NCBI GenBank assembly: GCA_019348555.1
Contig: JAHWJH010000002.1
Span: 1-49,611 of the forward strand
From: Actinomycetota bacterium
Lineage (GTDB): Bacteria > Actinomycetota > Acidimicrobiia > Acidimicrobiales > CADCSY01
Length of the DNA stretch: 49,611 nucleotides
Direction of reading: 5' to 3'
Position numbers and translations under genes: made by a program. The notes below the pieces were generated by a model. That model had not been told where the DNA came from. It was given only the letters and a program-made list of their open reading frames with translations, and searched no databases. How positions within the stretch are numbered: the stretch's first letter is position 1; each line of letters opens with the position of its first letter. Shown one piece after another: positions 1 to 9,348 of the stretch.

Positions 1-521
1 ATGGCGTCGATGTCGGGGTCGCCGTCCCAGAAGTCGGCCTGCACGTCGGCGGTGACCGGCGAGCGCACCGAGCGGGAGTAGTCGCGGCGGGCCAGGAGCT
101 GCAACGGGTAGCCCCGGTGCCACAGGTCGGGGTGATTGGTGGCGCCGATGGGGTCGAAGGCGGGAAGCCCGGCGGCGTAGACGGTGGCCTCCACCTCCCG
201 GCCGACGAGCAGGTCGGTTCCCCAGCCCTCGAGAGGGATGTTGTCGTCGTCGACGACGGCCACGACGTCGGCCCCCATCTCCGCCGCCACCAGGAAGCCG
301 AAGTTCCGGCGCTGGATGCAGTTCCAGCCGATGAGGTCGGACAGGGTGGGGTCGATCTTCTCCTGGTCGTCCGGGGTCACGACGGTGCCCCGCTCGAGGC
401 GGTAGTCGCCGGGCGTCTTGCGGTCGCCGATGACCACCAGGTGCCAGTCGTCCATGGCGTCGAAGCGTCGTACCGCCTCGGTGGGCGGGTTGATGGTGGT
501 CGTGACGATGACGTTGGTCAT
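1..521 (-). CDS. DUF288/STELLO-like glycosyltransferase, N-terminal part only (gene continues left of the window)
   Basis: Not in the ORF track because it runs off the window edge. The reverse-strand ATG at 519-521 has an in-frame TGA 4 codons upstream. Translation: MTNVIVTTTINPPTEAVRRFDAMDDWHLVVIGDRKTPGDY...VAVVDDDNIPLEGW. The TT-I-P-T, GD-KTP and DDDN pattern is typical of STELLO/DUF288 glycosyltransferases. Confidence 0.55.
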   Translation of the reverse strand, partial: MTNVIVTTTINPPTEAVRRFDAMDDWHLVVIGDRKTPGDYRLERGTVVTPDDQEKIDPTLSDLIGWNCIQRRNFGFLVAAEMGADVVAVVDDDNIPLEGWGTDLLVGREVEATVYAAGLPAFDPIGATNHPDLWHRGYPLQLLARRDYSRSVRSPVTADVQADFWDGDPDIDA

Positions 522-618
522 GGCGGGGCGTCAGGCCCGGACGCGCTCGCGCGCGGGCGTAGAAGGCAGGGTCGCAGGCACCGGGGCGAGAGCGTAGTCG
601 GGCGGCGCGGTCAGATGA

Positions 619-2196
619 TCACCCGGTTCGTGACCACAGGGTCAGCGACGCGCCGGGCCGGATTTCGGTGGCGGTCGCCACGAAGCCTCGTTCGGCGAGG
701 AGCTGCTCGATGACGGGCAGGTCGGCGCCGGTGTGGGAGCTGATCAGCCAGATGCGGTCGTGGCCGGCGGCCAGCCGGTCGAGCGCCGGGGCGTGGGCGC
801 GGGGGTCGGCGCGATGAGGGCCGAGGACCTCGACGCGCTCGTCGGCGATGGCGACGGCGAAGCCGTTGGCCGACGTGACGTCACGCTCCAGCTCCACGGG
901 TCCGCTGGTGTAGAGGGCGTAGGCCCAGCGCGACGCCGAGTAGACGGCGATGGCGTCGCCCGATCGCGCCCGCTGCTCGACGGCTGCCACCAACGGGCGC
1001 AGGTCCTCGTCGGGATAGGGCGGCAAGGGGCGCACGGCGAGCACCAGAGCCGCCACCACCACCGCGACCAGTGTCCCGGCGGCCGGGCGGGGAAGCCGGG
1101 AGCCGACCACGTGCAGGGCCAGCGCCACCAGCAGCGCCAGCGACGGGTAGAGGTGGATGTCGGTACGACCGCCCCCCAGCGGCGCCAGCTGCAACGCGGC
1201 CAGCGCGACGGCGACGACCACCGGCGCCACGACGAGCGGGGCCAGCAGGGGCCGCCGGGCCACCACGACGACGGCGGCGGCCGCCAGGGCGGCGGCGGCA
1301 GGCGCCCGGGGAAGGGCGACGAAGCCCTGCACCACCTCCGCCAAGCCGGTGACCACGTCGCCGGCGGCGGCGCCCGGGCCGGCCGACACCTCGACGTAGC
1401 GATTCGCCCAGTACGCCCGCAGCCCCGGCGTGGACGCATGGCGTACGACCAGCGCCCACCACCCGACGGCGAAGACCCCGAAGCCGGCCGTCGACCACAC
1501 CGCCGGTCGTAGGGCGCGGGGGCGCCGGAGCCCGACCGCCAGCACGCCGGCGAGGTACGCACCGGCCACGGTGGCGGCGGTGGCCGCCGAGACCACCACG
1601 GCCAGGACCGACACGATGCCGAGCCCGGCCCAGCGACGGGCGGAGACGGGGCGCTCGACCACCCGCCACCCGGCCAAGAGCACGGCGACGGCGGCCAGGG
1701 CGTCGGCGGTGAACGGCTTGACCCGGGCGGAGTGCACGATGTGGAGCGGCGAGGTGGCCACCAGGGCTGCTCCCAGCACCGCCGCCGGAGCGCAGAGGCC
1801 GCAGCGACGGGCGACCAGGTACAGCGCCGGGGCGGCCGCCACGCCGAAGAGGAAGGGCAGCAGCTGGGCGGTGAGCTCGCTGAAGCCGACGACGCCGAGC
1901 ACCAACGCCTGCATGGCCACGAATCCGGGGGCGGTGTTGCCGACCATGACCACCTCGCCGAGGCCGTCGGCCCTGGAGACGAGCGCCACCCAGGCATCGT
2001 CGAGCCACAGGCTGGAGGGCGCCAGCGCCCCGACCCGTACCGCCACCGACACCGCCAGCAGGGCCAGCGCCACCACGGCGTCGAGGGGGCCGAGCGCCGC
2101 ACCCTGCGCTGCCATCTCCGTTCTGGCCCCTGAAGCGCGGTCATCACGGCGCGGTCTCGGGGACACAACGGGAGGGCCGCCGACGGCGGTCGCCAT
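619..2196 (-). CDS. Polytopic membrane glycosyltransferase, GT-C fold (PMT_2/ArnT-like)
   Basis: Last 525 codons of track ORF 619..2964. The ATG at 2196 shares one base with the TGA of the upstream GT2 gene (TGATG); an alternative ATG lies at 2115. The protein has many hydrophobic helices, an acidic first-loop motif (LWLDDAWVAL) and a soluble C-terminal domain. Confidence 0.6.
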   Translation of the reverse strand: MATAVGGPPVVSPRPRRDDRASGARTEMAAQGAALGPLDAVVALALLAVSVAVRVGALAPSSLWLDDAWVALVSRADGLGEVVMVGNTAPGFVAMQALVLGVVGFSELTAQLLPFLFGVAAAPALYLVARRCGLCAPAAVLGAALVATSPLHIVHSARVKPFTADALAAVAVLLAGWRVVERPVSARRWAGLGIVSVLAVVVSAATAATVAGAYLAGVLAVGLRRPRALRPAVWSTAGFGVFAVGWWALVVRHASTPGLRAYWANRYVEVSAGPGAAAGDVVTGLAEVVQGFVALPRAPAAAALAAAAVVVVARRPLLAPLVVAPVVVAVALAALQLAPLGGGRTDIHLYPSLALLVALALHVVGSRLPRPAAGTLVAVVVAALVLAVRPLPPYPDEDLRPLVAAVEQRARSGDAIAVYSASRWAYALYTSGPVELERDVTSANGFAVAIADERVEVLGPHRADPRAHAPALDRLAAGHDRIWLISSHTGADLPVIEQLLAERGFVATATEIRPGASLTLWSRTG

Positions 2197-2939
2197 CAGG
2201 ACCGGCGGGGGAACCGGCGCCACTGTCGCCACCGCCGGCCCAGCGGCGAGTAGCGCACGATGCAGGTCATGGCGTGCACGCCGTCGGCCCAACCGATCTT
2301 CTTGCCCTCGGCGTAGGTGCGGCCGTGGTAGGAGATGCCGACCTCGTAGATGCGCCAGCCTCCGGCGGCCACCTTGGCGGTGAGCTCGGGCTCGAAGCCG
2401 AAGCGGTCCTCCTCCAGCTCGATGCCGTCGAGCACCTCCTTGCGCATGGCCTTGTAGCACGTCTCCATGTCGGTGAGGTTGAGGTTGGTGAAGGCGTTCG
2501 ACACCAGCGTGAGCAACCGGTTGCCCACGCTGTGCCAGAAGTACAGGACACGATGGGGCCGGTCGGACACGAAGCGCGAGCCGAACACCACGTCGGCCTG
2601 ACCGCTGAGCAGCGGCGCCAGCAGGTGGGGGAAGTCGCCGGGGTCGTATTCGAGGTCGGCGTCCTGCACCACCACCAGCGGCCCGGCGGCCTCGGCGAAG
2701 CCGCGCCGCAGGGCCGCACCCTTGCCCTGGTTGGGATGCTGGTGCACCACCTTGACCCGGGGGTCGTCGATCGCCGCCAGGCGTTCGGCGGTGCCGTCGC
2801 TCGAGCCGTCGTCGACCACCACCAGCTCGGCGGTGTAAGGCGACTCGAGGACCCGCTTGCAGGCCTCGGCCACCGTGGCCTCCTCGTTGTAACAGGGCAT
2901 GACCACCGACAGCACGGGCTCGACGACGGCACGTCCCAT
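2196..2939 (-). CDS. Glycosyltransferase family 2, polyprenol-phosphate sugar synthase-like (DPM1/GtrB-like)
   Basis: 247 aa. Motifs: VVMPCYNEE, VVVDDGSSDGT, QDADLEYDP (DxD) and FGFEPELT. These indicate a GT-A fold, family 2. Confidence 0.85.
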   Translation of the reverse strand: MGRAVVEPVLSVVMPCYNEEATVAEACKRVLESPYTAELVVVDDGSSDGTAERLAAIDDPRVKVVHQHPNQGKGAALRRGFAEAAGPLVVVQDADLEYDPGDFPHLLAPLLSGQADVVFGSRFVSDRPHRVLYFWHSVGNRLLTLVSNAFTNLNLTDMETCYKAMRKEVLDGIELEEDRFGFEPELTAKVAAGGWRIYEVGISYHGRTYAEGKKIGWADGVHAMTCIVRYSPLGRRWRQWRRFPRRS

Positions 2940-3092
2940 GGGCGGCGAGGCTAGTGGCGGTCACTCGGGGCCGGTCGAGGCGCGGCGAGTAACCTCGATG
3001 ACCTGGACGCCACCCTGGAAGATCCCGCCGCCGGCGCGCCCGAGCGGCCAGCCCCCCAGGAGATCTCCGCCCGGCCGACCCCCCGCCAGCGG

Positions 3093-3932
3093 GTGGTCAA
3101 CGTCTGGCGCTACCGGGAGCTGCTCGGCAACCTGGTGCGCAAGGAGCTCAAGGTCAAGTACAAGAACAGCGCCTTGGGCTTCCTGTGGTCGCTGCTCAAC
3201 CCCATCCTCTACCTGGTCGTGTTCTGGCTGGTCTTCGAGAAGGTGCTGGGGTCGGGCATTCCCAACTTCCCGATCTTCCTCCTCGCCGGGCTGCTGCCCT
3301 GGAACCTGTTCGCCACCTCGCTTGGTTCGGCCACCGGCTCCATCGTCGGCAACGCCGGCCTGGTGAACAAGATCTACTTTCCTCGCGAGATCCTGCCCCT
3401 GGCGGGCATCGGGGCGGCGCTGGTGCACTTCCTCCTCCAGGCGGTCGTGCTCGTCGGCGCCCTGGCGGTGTTCCGCTATGCCCCGGCGTGGGAGTACCTG
3501 CCGGTGGTGGTGCTGGCCCTGGTCGTGCTGCTGGTGCTCGGGGCGGCGCTCGGCGTCGCCCTGGCGGCGGTGAACGTCTACCTGCGCGACACCCAGCACC
3601 TGCTCGAGCTGGTGCTGCTGGCGTGGTTCTGGATCACCCCCATCGTGTACCAATACCGGCTGCTGTCCGACAAGCTCCAGGAGAAGTCGGCGCTGCTGCT
3701 GCTCAACCCCATGAACGCCATCGTCCTCGCGTTCCAGCGGGGCATCTACAACCACGTCGGCGGTCCCACCTCCGGGGGCCGCCTCGGCGAGGCCACCGGC
3801 ATCCTGCCCGACGCCTCGCTGCTGTGGTACCTCCGCAACGTCGCCGTCGTGGGCGTGGTGTCGCTCGCCCTCCTCGTCGGCGCCCTGTGGTTGTTCGGCC
3901 GGCTGGAGGACAACTTCGCCGAGGAGCTCTAG
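3093..3932 (+). CDS. wzm: ABC-2 type polysaccharide/O-antigen export permease
   Basis: 279 aa. YRELLGNLVRKELKVKYKNSALGFLWSLLNP is the classic ABC-2 (Wzm/TagG) N-terminal signature, followed by about 6 hydrophobic segments. GTG start. Confidence 0.85.
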   Translation: MVNVWRYRELLGNLVRKELKVKYKNSALGFLWSLLNPILYLVVFWLVFEKVLGSGIPNFPIFLLAGLLPWNLFATSLGSATGSIVGNAGLVNKIYFPREILPLAGIGAALVHFLLQAVVLVGALAVFRYAPAWEYLPVVVLALVVLLVLGAALGVALAAVNVYLRDTQHLLELVLLAWFWITPIVYQYRLLSDKLQEKSALLLLNPMNAIVLAFQRGIYNHVGGPTSGGRLGEATGILPDASLLWYLRNVAVVGVVSLALLVGALWLFGRLEDNFAEEL

Positions 3933-5179
3933 TGGCAGACATCGCCATCGAGATCGACGGGGTGTCCAAGCGCTTCCGGCTCTACCAGGAGCAGGTGCAG
4001 TCGCTCAAGGAACGGGTGATCCGCGGCCGTATCCCCCACGAGGACTTTTGGGCCCTGCGCGACGTGAGCTTCGAGGTCAAACAGGGCGAGACCGTCGGCC
4101 TGCTGGGTCACAACGGCTCGGGCAAGTCGACCCTGCTCAAGTGCGTGGCCGGCATCCAGCGCCCGACCAGCGGGCGCATCGTCGTCGGTGGCCGTATGGC
4201 AGCGCTCCTGGAGCTCGGCGCCGGGTTCCACCCCGAGCTCACCGGGCGGGAGAACGTCTACCTCAACGGCTCGATCCTCGGGCTCTCCAAGGCGGAGATC
4301 ACCCGGGTGTTCGACGACATCGTCGCCTTCGCCGAGATCGAGCAGTTCATCGACAACCAGGTGAAGCACTTCTCCTCGGGTATGTACGCCCGCCTCGGCT
4401 TCGCCGTGGCGGTCAACGTCGACCCCGACCTGCTGGTGATCGACGAGGTGCTGTCGGTGGGCGACGAGGCCTTCCAGCGCAAGTGCATCAACCGCATCAA
4501 GCGCTTCCAGACCGAGGGGCGCACCATCTTGTTCGTGACCCACGCCGCCGACCTGGTGCGCCAGATCTGCGACCGGGCCGTGGTGCTCGACCACGGCGAG
4601 ATGGTGATCGACGCCGAGCCCGGCATCGCCGTGCGCGCCTTTCGCGAGACCCTGCTGCACCGCGAGGGGGTCGAGGGCGCCGCCGCCGCCGGCCCCGACG
4701 TGCGCACCGACGACCCCGATCCCGAGCGCCGGGGCACCCTGAAGATCCGCATCACCGGCGTCGACGTCGAGTACCCCGGCGCCGGGCGGGCACATCTGCT
4801 GCCCGGCGAACGACTGGTCGTGCGGGTGCGTTACTCGGCTGCCGAGGCGGTCGACGAGGCGGTGTTCGGCGTGGCCGTGCACGACATCAAGGGCGACCAC
4901 CTCTTCGGCACGAACACCGAGCTGGTGGGGCTCGGGGTGTCGGTGCCCGTGGGCGACGGCGAGGTGGCCTTCGTGTTCGACTCGGTCCCGCTGCTCGACG
5001 GCACCTACTTCCTCACGCTGGGGGCCCACGCCCCGGGCGGCGAGCCGGTCTACGACTGGAGCGAGCAGCGCCACAGCTTCGAGGTGGTCAACCCCGGGCG
5101 CACGCCGGGCCTGGTCGACCTGCGTCCCCGCATCGAGGTGCGGGGCGCCACCGCCACCCCCCTACCTCCCCAGCGCTGA
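3932..5179 (+). CDS. wzt: Polysaccharide export ABC transporter ATP-binding protein with a C-terminal Wzt_C-like carbohydrate-binding extension
   Basis: The GTG at 3932 shares one base with the wzm TAG (TAGTG). Walker A GHNGSGKST, signature FSSGMYARL, Walker B LLVIDE. A beta-rich C-terminal domain of about 170 aa follows (KIRITGVDVEY...VFGVAVHDIKGDHLFGTNT...LLDGTYFLTLG). Confidence 0.85.
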   Translation: MADIAIEIDGVSKRFRLYQEQVQSLKERVIRGRIPHEDFWALRDVSFEVKQGETVGLLGHNGSGKSTLLKCVAGIQRPTSGRIVVGGRMAALLELGAGFHPELTGRENVYLNGSILGLSKAEITRVFDDIVAFAEIEQFIDNQVKHFSSGMYARLGFAVAVNVDPDLLVIDEVLSVGDEAFQRKCINRIKRFQTEGRTILFVTHAADLVRQICDRAVVLDHGEMVIDAEPGIAVRAFRETLLHREGVEGAAAAGPDVRTDDPDPERRGTLKIRITGVDVEYPGAGRAHLLPGERLVVRVRYSAAEAVDEAVFGVAVHDIKGDHLFGTNTELVGLGVSVPVGDGEVAFVFDSVPLLDGTYFLTLGAHAPGGEPVYDWSEQRHSFEVVNPGRTPGLVDLRPRIEVRGATATPLPPQR

Positions 5180-5215
5180 GCCAGCCGCCCCGCCGTCCGG
5201 TCGGACCCGGAGGGC

Positions 5216-5884
5216 TCAGGGCCGGCGTCCGTTCCAGGCCACCAGGCGGTCGATGGCCGGGGCGTCGTCGCCCACGTCGACCGCTTCGGCGAAGGGCGCC
5301 TTGGCGTGGCGTAGCGCCTGGGGCAACGACGCCCGCATGGCCTCGAAGGCAGCGCTGCGCCCACCGGCCGGCATGCCCTGGCGAATGGCGGCGAAGGCGA
5401 CCTCGAGCACCTGAGCGTCCCAGTCGGGACGCTGCCCGGTGGCGGTGGCCACGTCCCAGGTGTGGACGGTGATCTCGTTGGTGTAGAGGGCCAGAGCCGC
5501 AGCGCCGGGCAGCTCGGTCCAGGGCAGGCGGACCATGCGGGCGAGGACGGCGTCGTCGCTCCAGGCGGCCTGGACCTGATGGGCGGCGTCGAGCCAGGCC
5601 GCCGACCAGGCGTCGCCGGCGACGTCATCGGCGATCTGCGGCACGCTCAGCGCGTCGCCGCCGCTTCCGACGACGGCCACGCGGCGCAGCACGCCGACCA
5701 GGTGCCCGAGAAGTTGGCGGACGTCGTAGTCGTCGCACGGCGTCGGTCGGTCGAGCTGCTCGGGCGCCACGGCGGCGATCACCGACCCGGCGGTGGATAC
5801 CGCTCGGGCGAAGATCGCTCGGGGATCGTCGTCACCGACGGTCGTGTCGTGGGGGGCGGGCATGGCGGTGGCGTTGGTGGTCAT
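5216..5884 (-). CDS. DinB/mycothiol-maleylpyruvate-isomerase-N-like protein (TIGR03086-type)
   Basis: Last 222 codons of track ORF 5216..6385, starting at the ATG at 5884 (MTTNATAMPAP). PCDDYDVRQLLGHLV and NEITVHTWD are typical of the actinobacterial DinB-fold family. Confidence 0.6.
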   Translation of the reverse strand: MTTNATAMPAPHDTTVGDDDPRAIFARAVSTAGSVIAAVAPEQLDRPTPCDDYDVRQLLGHLVGVLRRVAVVGSGGDALSVPQIADDVAGDAWSAAWLDAAHQVQAAWSDDAVLARMVRLPWTELPGAAALALYTNEITVHTWDVATATGQRPDWDAQVLEVAFAAIRQGMPAGGRSAAFEAMRASLPQALRHAKAPFAEAVDVGDDAPAIDRLVAWNGRRP

Positions 5885-5949
5885 GGGCCGATGGTGAGGC
5901 TTCCTGCGGCCAGGCAGTGTCCTGAAGCGGCATTCCTGTCGGGAAAGGC

Positions 5950-7302
5950 TCAGCCGGGCGGAGTGGTGGCCAGCACCGCGTACTCCTGGGGGCCGAAAAG
6001 GACATGGTTGAGATGGGCGAAGCCCTGGTCGACGGCGGCGGCCCAGGCCGGGGCATCGGCATCGGCGAGGTCGAGGCGAGGCAGGTGGTAGCCCTCGGCT
6101 GGGGCGTAGAACTCGAGGTGCACGTGGCGGAAGCCCGCCCGCTCGCACAGGAAGCTCAGCAGCGACGGGTGCAGGGGCCGCACGTGGGTGGGGTCGAGGA
6201 TGTAGGAGTTGCCGAGGACGATGAGCGAGGCGGGGTTGGGCGTCTCGGCCACGAAGACCCCACCGGGGACCAGCCGGGTGGCGGCCAGCTCCAGCAGCTC
6301 GATGAGGGCTCCCAGCTCGAGGTGCTCGACGACGTGCACGGTGAGGATCGAGCCCAGGGATCGCTCGGGCAGGGTGCGCAGCCACTCGACGGCGTCAGCC
6401 TGGTGGACGTCGAGGTGGCGGGCACGGGCCTCGGCCACCATCTCGGCGTTGAGGTCGACGCCCGACGCCGCCACCCCCCGGGCAACCAACGCCTCCAGCA
6501 GCTCGCCGCGGCCGCAGCCGATGTCGAGCACCGGAGCGTGGGAGGCCAGGAGCTCCAGGTAGCGCTCGCTCTGCGCTGCGGCGACGCTGGTGGAGTCGCC
6601 CCGGAAGCGGGCCTCGAAGCCGACGTAGTCGAAGCGGTCTTCGCCGGGCGGCGCGGCGGCGGCCGGCGCCGGCTCGCCGGGCGCGGACGGATGGCTGACC
6701 GGCTGGTCGGCCACCCGGCGCAGGCGGCGGTCGAGGGCGTTGACCCGCTCCCGGAGCTCGGCGAAGCGCTCCGCCACCCCTTCGAGGCCGGCGGCAGGAG
6801 CGACCGCCTGGCCGAACTCCTCCAGCCGGTCGACCACCGTGCGCAGCTCGGCTTTGATCAGCTCGAGGTTGACCGTGGCGGCGTGGACCTCGTCGAGCGC
6901 TCCGTCGGCCCGGACCAGCTCGGCCGCAGCGTCGACGTGGCGGAGGTGGTGCAGCGATCCCGCCGCCGCCCGGAGCTCGGCCCGCAACAGCTCGACGTCG
7001 GCGGCCAGGCGGTCGAGCCGGTCGGTGACCGCCGCCCGGTCGGCCAGCAGCAGCTCGGCGCGCCGGACCAGCCGGTGCGCCACCACGTCGGCCACCCGGT
7101 GCACGACCGGCCGCAGCCGCGCACGCCCGCTGGCCTTGGCCCGGGTCGCCACGCGGGCCACCCGACCGGCGCCGGCCACCAAGGGTGGAGCCTCGGCCCT
7201 GCTGGGCGATGACGGGACTCCAGAATCGGTGGGCGGCGGGACCCCCAGCTCGCGAGCGAGGGCCTCGAGGCGGTCGGGGTCGAGCTCGGGAGGCCCGCTC
7301 AC
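5950..7302 (-). CDS. Class I SAM-dependent methyltransferase with a long N-terminal coiled-coil
   Basis: The GTG at 7302 overlaps the upstream stop (GTGA). The N-terminal part of about 200 aa is Leu/Arg/Glu/Ala-rich with heptad-like segments (LDRLAADVELLRAELRAAAG, VNLELIKAELRTVVDRLEEF, FAELRERVNALDRRLRRV). The C-terminal part carries motif I, VLDIGCGRGELLEAL. Confidence 0.8.
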   Translation of the reverse strand: MSGPPELDPDRLEALARELGVPPPTDSGVPSSPSRAEAPPLVAGAGRVARVATRAKASGRARLRPVVHRVADVVAHRLVRRAELLLADRAAVTDRLDRLAADVELLRAELRAAAGSLHHLRHVDAAAELVRADGALDEVHAATVNLELIKAELRTVVDRLEEFGQAVAPAAGLEGVAERFAELRERVNALDRRLRRVADQPVSHPSAPGEPAPAAAAPPGEDRFDYVGFEARFRGDSTSVAAAQSERYLELLASHAPVLDIGCGRGELLEALVARGVAASGVDLNAEMVAEARARHLDVHQADAVEWLRTLPERSLGSILTVHVVEHLELGALIELLELAATRLVPGGVFVAETPNPASLIVLGNSYILDPTHVRPLHPSLLSFLCERAGFRHVHLEFYAPAEGYHLPRLDLADADAPAWAAAVDQGFAHLNHVLFGPQEYAVLATTPPG

Positions 7303-8195
7303 CGAGCCTCCACCGGCGCGAACAACGCCGTCGCCACCCGGGCACGGACCGCCACCCGCGCCCCCGCCGGGGTTCCCAGCTCGCGCAGGCGCTGCGCCAC
7401 CAGCTCGTCGGGGGGCGGGGGCGACGCCAGCAGACCCAGCCGGCGGGCGATGTCGGCGGCGACATCGCCTCGCCGCCAGCGCCGCTCCCAGGAGCTGCGG
7501 GCGGCCCGGCCGAGCGCCGCGCAGCGCCTGAGGTCGCCGGCCAGCTCGGCTGCCACCGCGGTGGCGGCCTTGCTGTCGGCCACCACCACCTCGGATCCAT
7601 CGGTGGCCTCGACCGAGGCGGCGGTGCGTGCGTCGGTGACCACCGGGGCACCCAGCGCCATGGCGTCGACCACCCAGCGCCGGTCGGCGACCACGACGGC
7701 GGCCACGGCGAGGGCGGTGGGAACCACCGCCTCCGACAGCGACGCCGTACCAGCCCGGACGTCGACCACCAGGTCGGGGGCAAGCCCGAGGCGACGGCGC
7801 CACCGCGAGCGCACGAACGGGGTGAGCGGGCGGTGGTCGTCGACCTCCACCTGGCCCTCGGGCACCACCACGGCGGGGACGCCCTCGACGCGGTCGCGCA
7901 GGTGGGCGGCCACCTCCTCCCGGCCGCACAGCAGCACGGCGCAGCGGGTCAGCAGCGACGAGGCGGCGTCGGCCTCGGTGGCACCGGCCACCCACAGGGC
8001 CACCGGAGGCCGGCCCTCGGCGAGGGCGTCGGCCAGCCCCGGCGCCCGCCACGAGCTGGCCAGGCGGGCGGCCGGGTCGGCCAGGGCGGCGTCGGGTGCG
8101 CGCAGGTCGCACCAGCGGGCCAGCCCCCGGGCGACCGGGCGGAGGCGCTCGCCCGTGCCCGGGGCGACCACCAGCTCCACCACCGGCACCGTCAT
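7299..8195 (-). CDS. Hypothetical protein, degenerate GT-B (GT1/GT4 C-terminal domain)-like
   Basis: Last 298 codons of track ORF 7299..9773. The ATG at 8195 overlaps the stop of the upstream GT4 gene (ATGA). AVVVADRRWVVDAMALGAPVVTD resembles the GT4 acceptor-domain motif, but the catalytic motifs are not evident. Confidence 0.5.
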   Translation of the reverse strand: MTVPVVELVVAPGTGERLRPVARGLARWCDLRAPDAALADPAARLASSWRAPGLADALAEGRPPVALWVAGATEADAASSLLTRCAVLLCGREEVAAHLRDRVEGVPAVVVPEGQVEVDDHRPLTPFVRSRWRRRLGLAPDLVVDVRAGTASLSEAVVPTALAVAAVVVADRRWVVDAMALGAPVVTDARTAASVEATDGSEVVVADSKAATAVAAELAGDLRRCAALGRAARSSWERRWRRGDVAADIARRLGLLASPPPPDELVAQRLRELGTPAGARVAVRARVATALFAPVEAR

Positions 8196-9214
8196 GGGCG
8201 GGTCAGGCGCTCGACCACACGGTCCCAGCGCAGATCGGCCACCGCCTGGCGGCCCGCCTCGCCCAGACGCCGGGCCAGCTGGTCGTCGGTGGCCAGCCGG
8301 TCGATGGCCGCGCCCAGCGCCTCGGGCGACCCGTCGGTCACCAGCCCGGTGACGCCGTCGCGCACCCACTCGAGGACCCCACCGCTGTCGGATGCGGTGA
8401 TCACCGGCTTGCCGGCGTAGAAGGCCTGGAGGGTCACGTAGCCGTAGTCCTCGTCGAAGGGGGCGTAGACCACGGCCCGGGCCCCGGCGTAGAGCCGCAC
8501 CAGCTCGTCGTCGTCGACGAAGCCGGGCAGGTCGAGGCGAGCGGTCACCCCGAGGCTCTCGGCCTCGCGGCGCAGGACATCGAGGAGGCTGCCCCTCCCG
8601 GCGAGGACGGCGCGGACCCCGGAGCGGGTGTGGGCCAGGGCCTCCACCACCAGATGCGGCCGCTTGTTGTGCTCGAGGCGGGTGGGGCAGAACACGTAGT
8701 CGCCGGCGGGGCCGCCGTGCAGGTGTCGGTGCAGCGGCGGTGGGTGGTAGAGCGGCTCGCCGGCGAGGCCGTTGTAGCGAGCCAGGCGGTCGGCGACGGC
8801 GCGGGACGTCGTGAAGATGTGGCGGGCCTCCTCGAGGGCTCGGACGTCCCACTCCGAGAGTTGCCGCTGCACCTCGAGCGACTCGTGGTCGAGGCCGAGG
8901 TCGGACCAGGCGGCGTCGGCGCCGTCGTAGGCGCCGCGGTGCTGGTGGAACAACCACACCACCTTGTTGTCGTGGCGGGCGAAGTACGACGGGAAGTTGG
9001 TGGAGATCACCAGGTCGGCGTCCAGCGGCACCAGCCGCCAGGCCAGGGCGGCGTCGAAGAGGCGGTCCTTCTCCCACGCCGCCGGGAGGCGCACCAGCTC
9101 GGCCCGATGCTCCTCGTTCAACGCCGTCACCAGGTTGTCCATGTGCAGCTCGGCCCCTCCCCGCATGAACGGGACCTGCGCGCCGCACACCACGATGTCC
9201 ACCGTCGCCAGCAT
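8192..9214 (-). CDS. Glycosyltransferase family 4 (GT-B)
   Basis: 340 aa. The C-terminal half is typical of GT4: VFCPTRLEHNKRPHLVVEAL, LPGFVDDDELVRLYAGARAVVYAPFDEDYGYVTLQAFYAGKPVI. Confidence 0.8.
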   Translation of the reverse strand: MLATVDIVVCGAQVPFMRGGAELHMDNLVTALNEEHRAELVRLPAAWEKDRLFDAALAWRLVPLDADLVISTNFPSYFARHDNKVVWLFHQHRGAYDGADAAWSDLGLDHESLEVQRQLSEWDVRALEEARHIFTTSRAVADRLARYNGLAGEPLYHPPPLHRHLHGGPAGDYVFCPTRLEHNKRPHLVVEALAHTRSGVRAVLAGRGSLLDVLRREAESLGVTARLDLPGFVDDDELVRLYAGARAVVYAPFDEDYGYVTLQAFYAGKPVITASDSGGVLEWVRDGVTGLVTDGSPEALGAAIDRLATDDQLARRLGEAGRQAVADLRWDRVVERLTRP

Positions 9215-9348
9215 GGCATCGCGCCGGGCGATGCCGGGAACCCGGTGCCGGCGGGGGTCTCGCGGGCGCCTCCCGGCGCCGGGTCCCGTTCGTGGCTAGC
9301 ATCCCCTCGCCCGGTGCTCCGCCGGTGCTCGCCGAAGGGAATCCCACC

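Noticed and set aside
117-2168. Long ORFs with Arg/Pro/Gly/Ala-rich translations, such as 117..713(+), 733..1512(+), 744..2168(-) and 881..2008(-). Similar ORFs occur throughout the window, for example 6395..7783(-), 14269..15588(-), 20595..22388(-), 43450..45279(+) and 47794..49158(-).
   Set aside because: They are typical shadow ORFs of G+C-rich DNA. They lie antisense to or out of frame with genes that have clear family motifs, their composition is dominated by R/P/G/A, and they carry no recognisable domains.
9215-9348. A possible riboswitch (for example a cyclic-di-AMP ydaO-type) upstream of the secreted CAP-domain gene.
   Set aside because: I could not find the conserved core motifs by eye. 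The region is short and also has to accommodate the divergent GT4 promoter.
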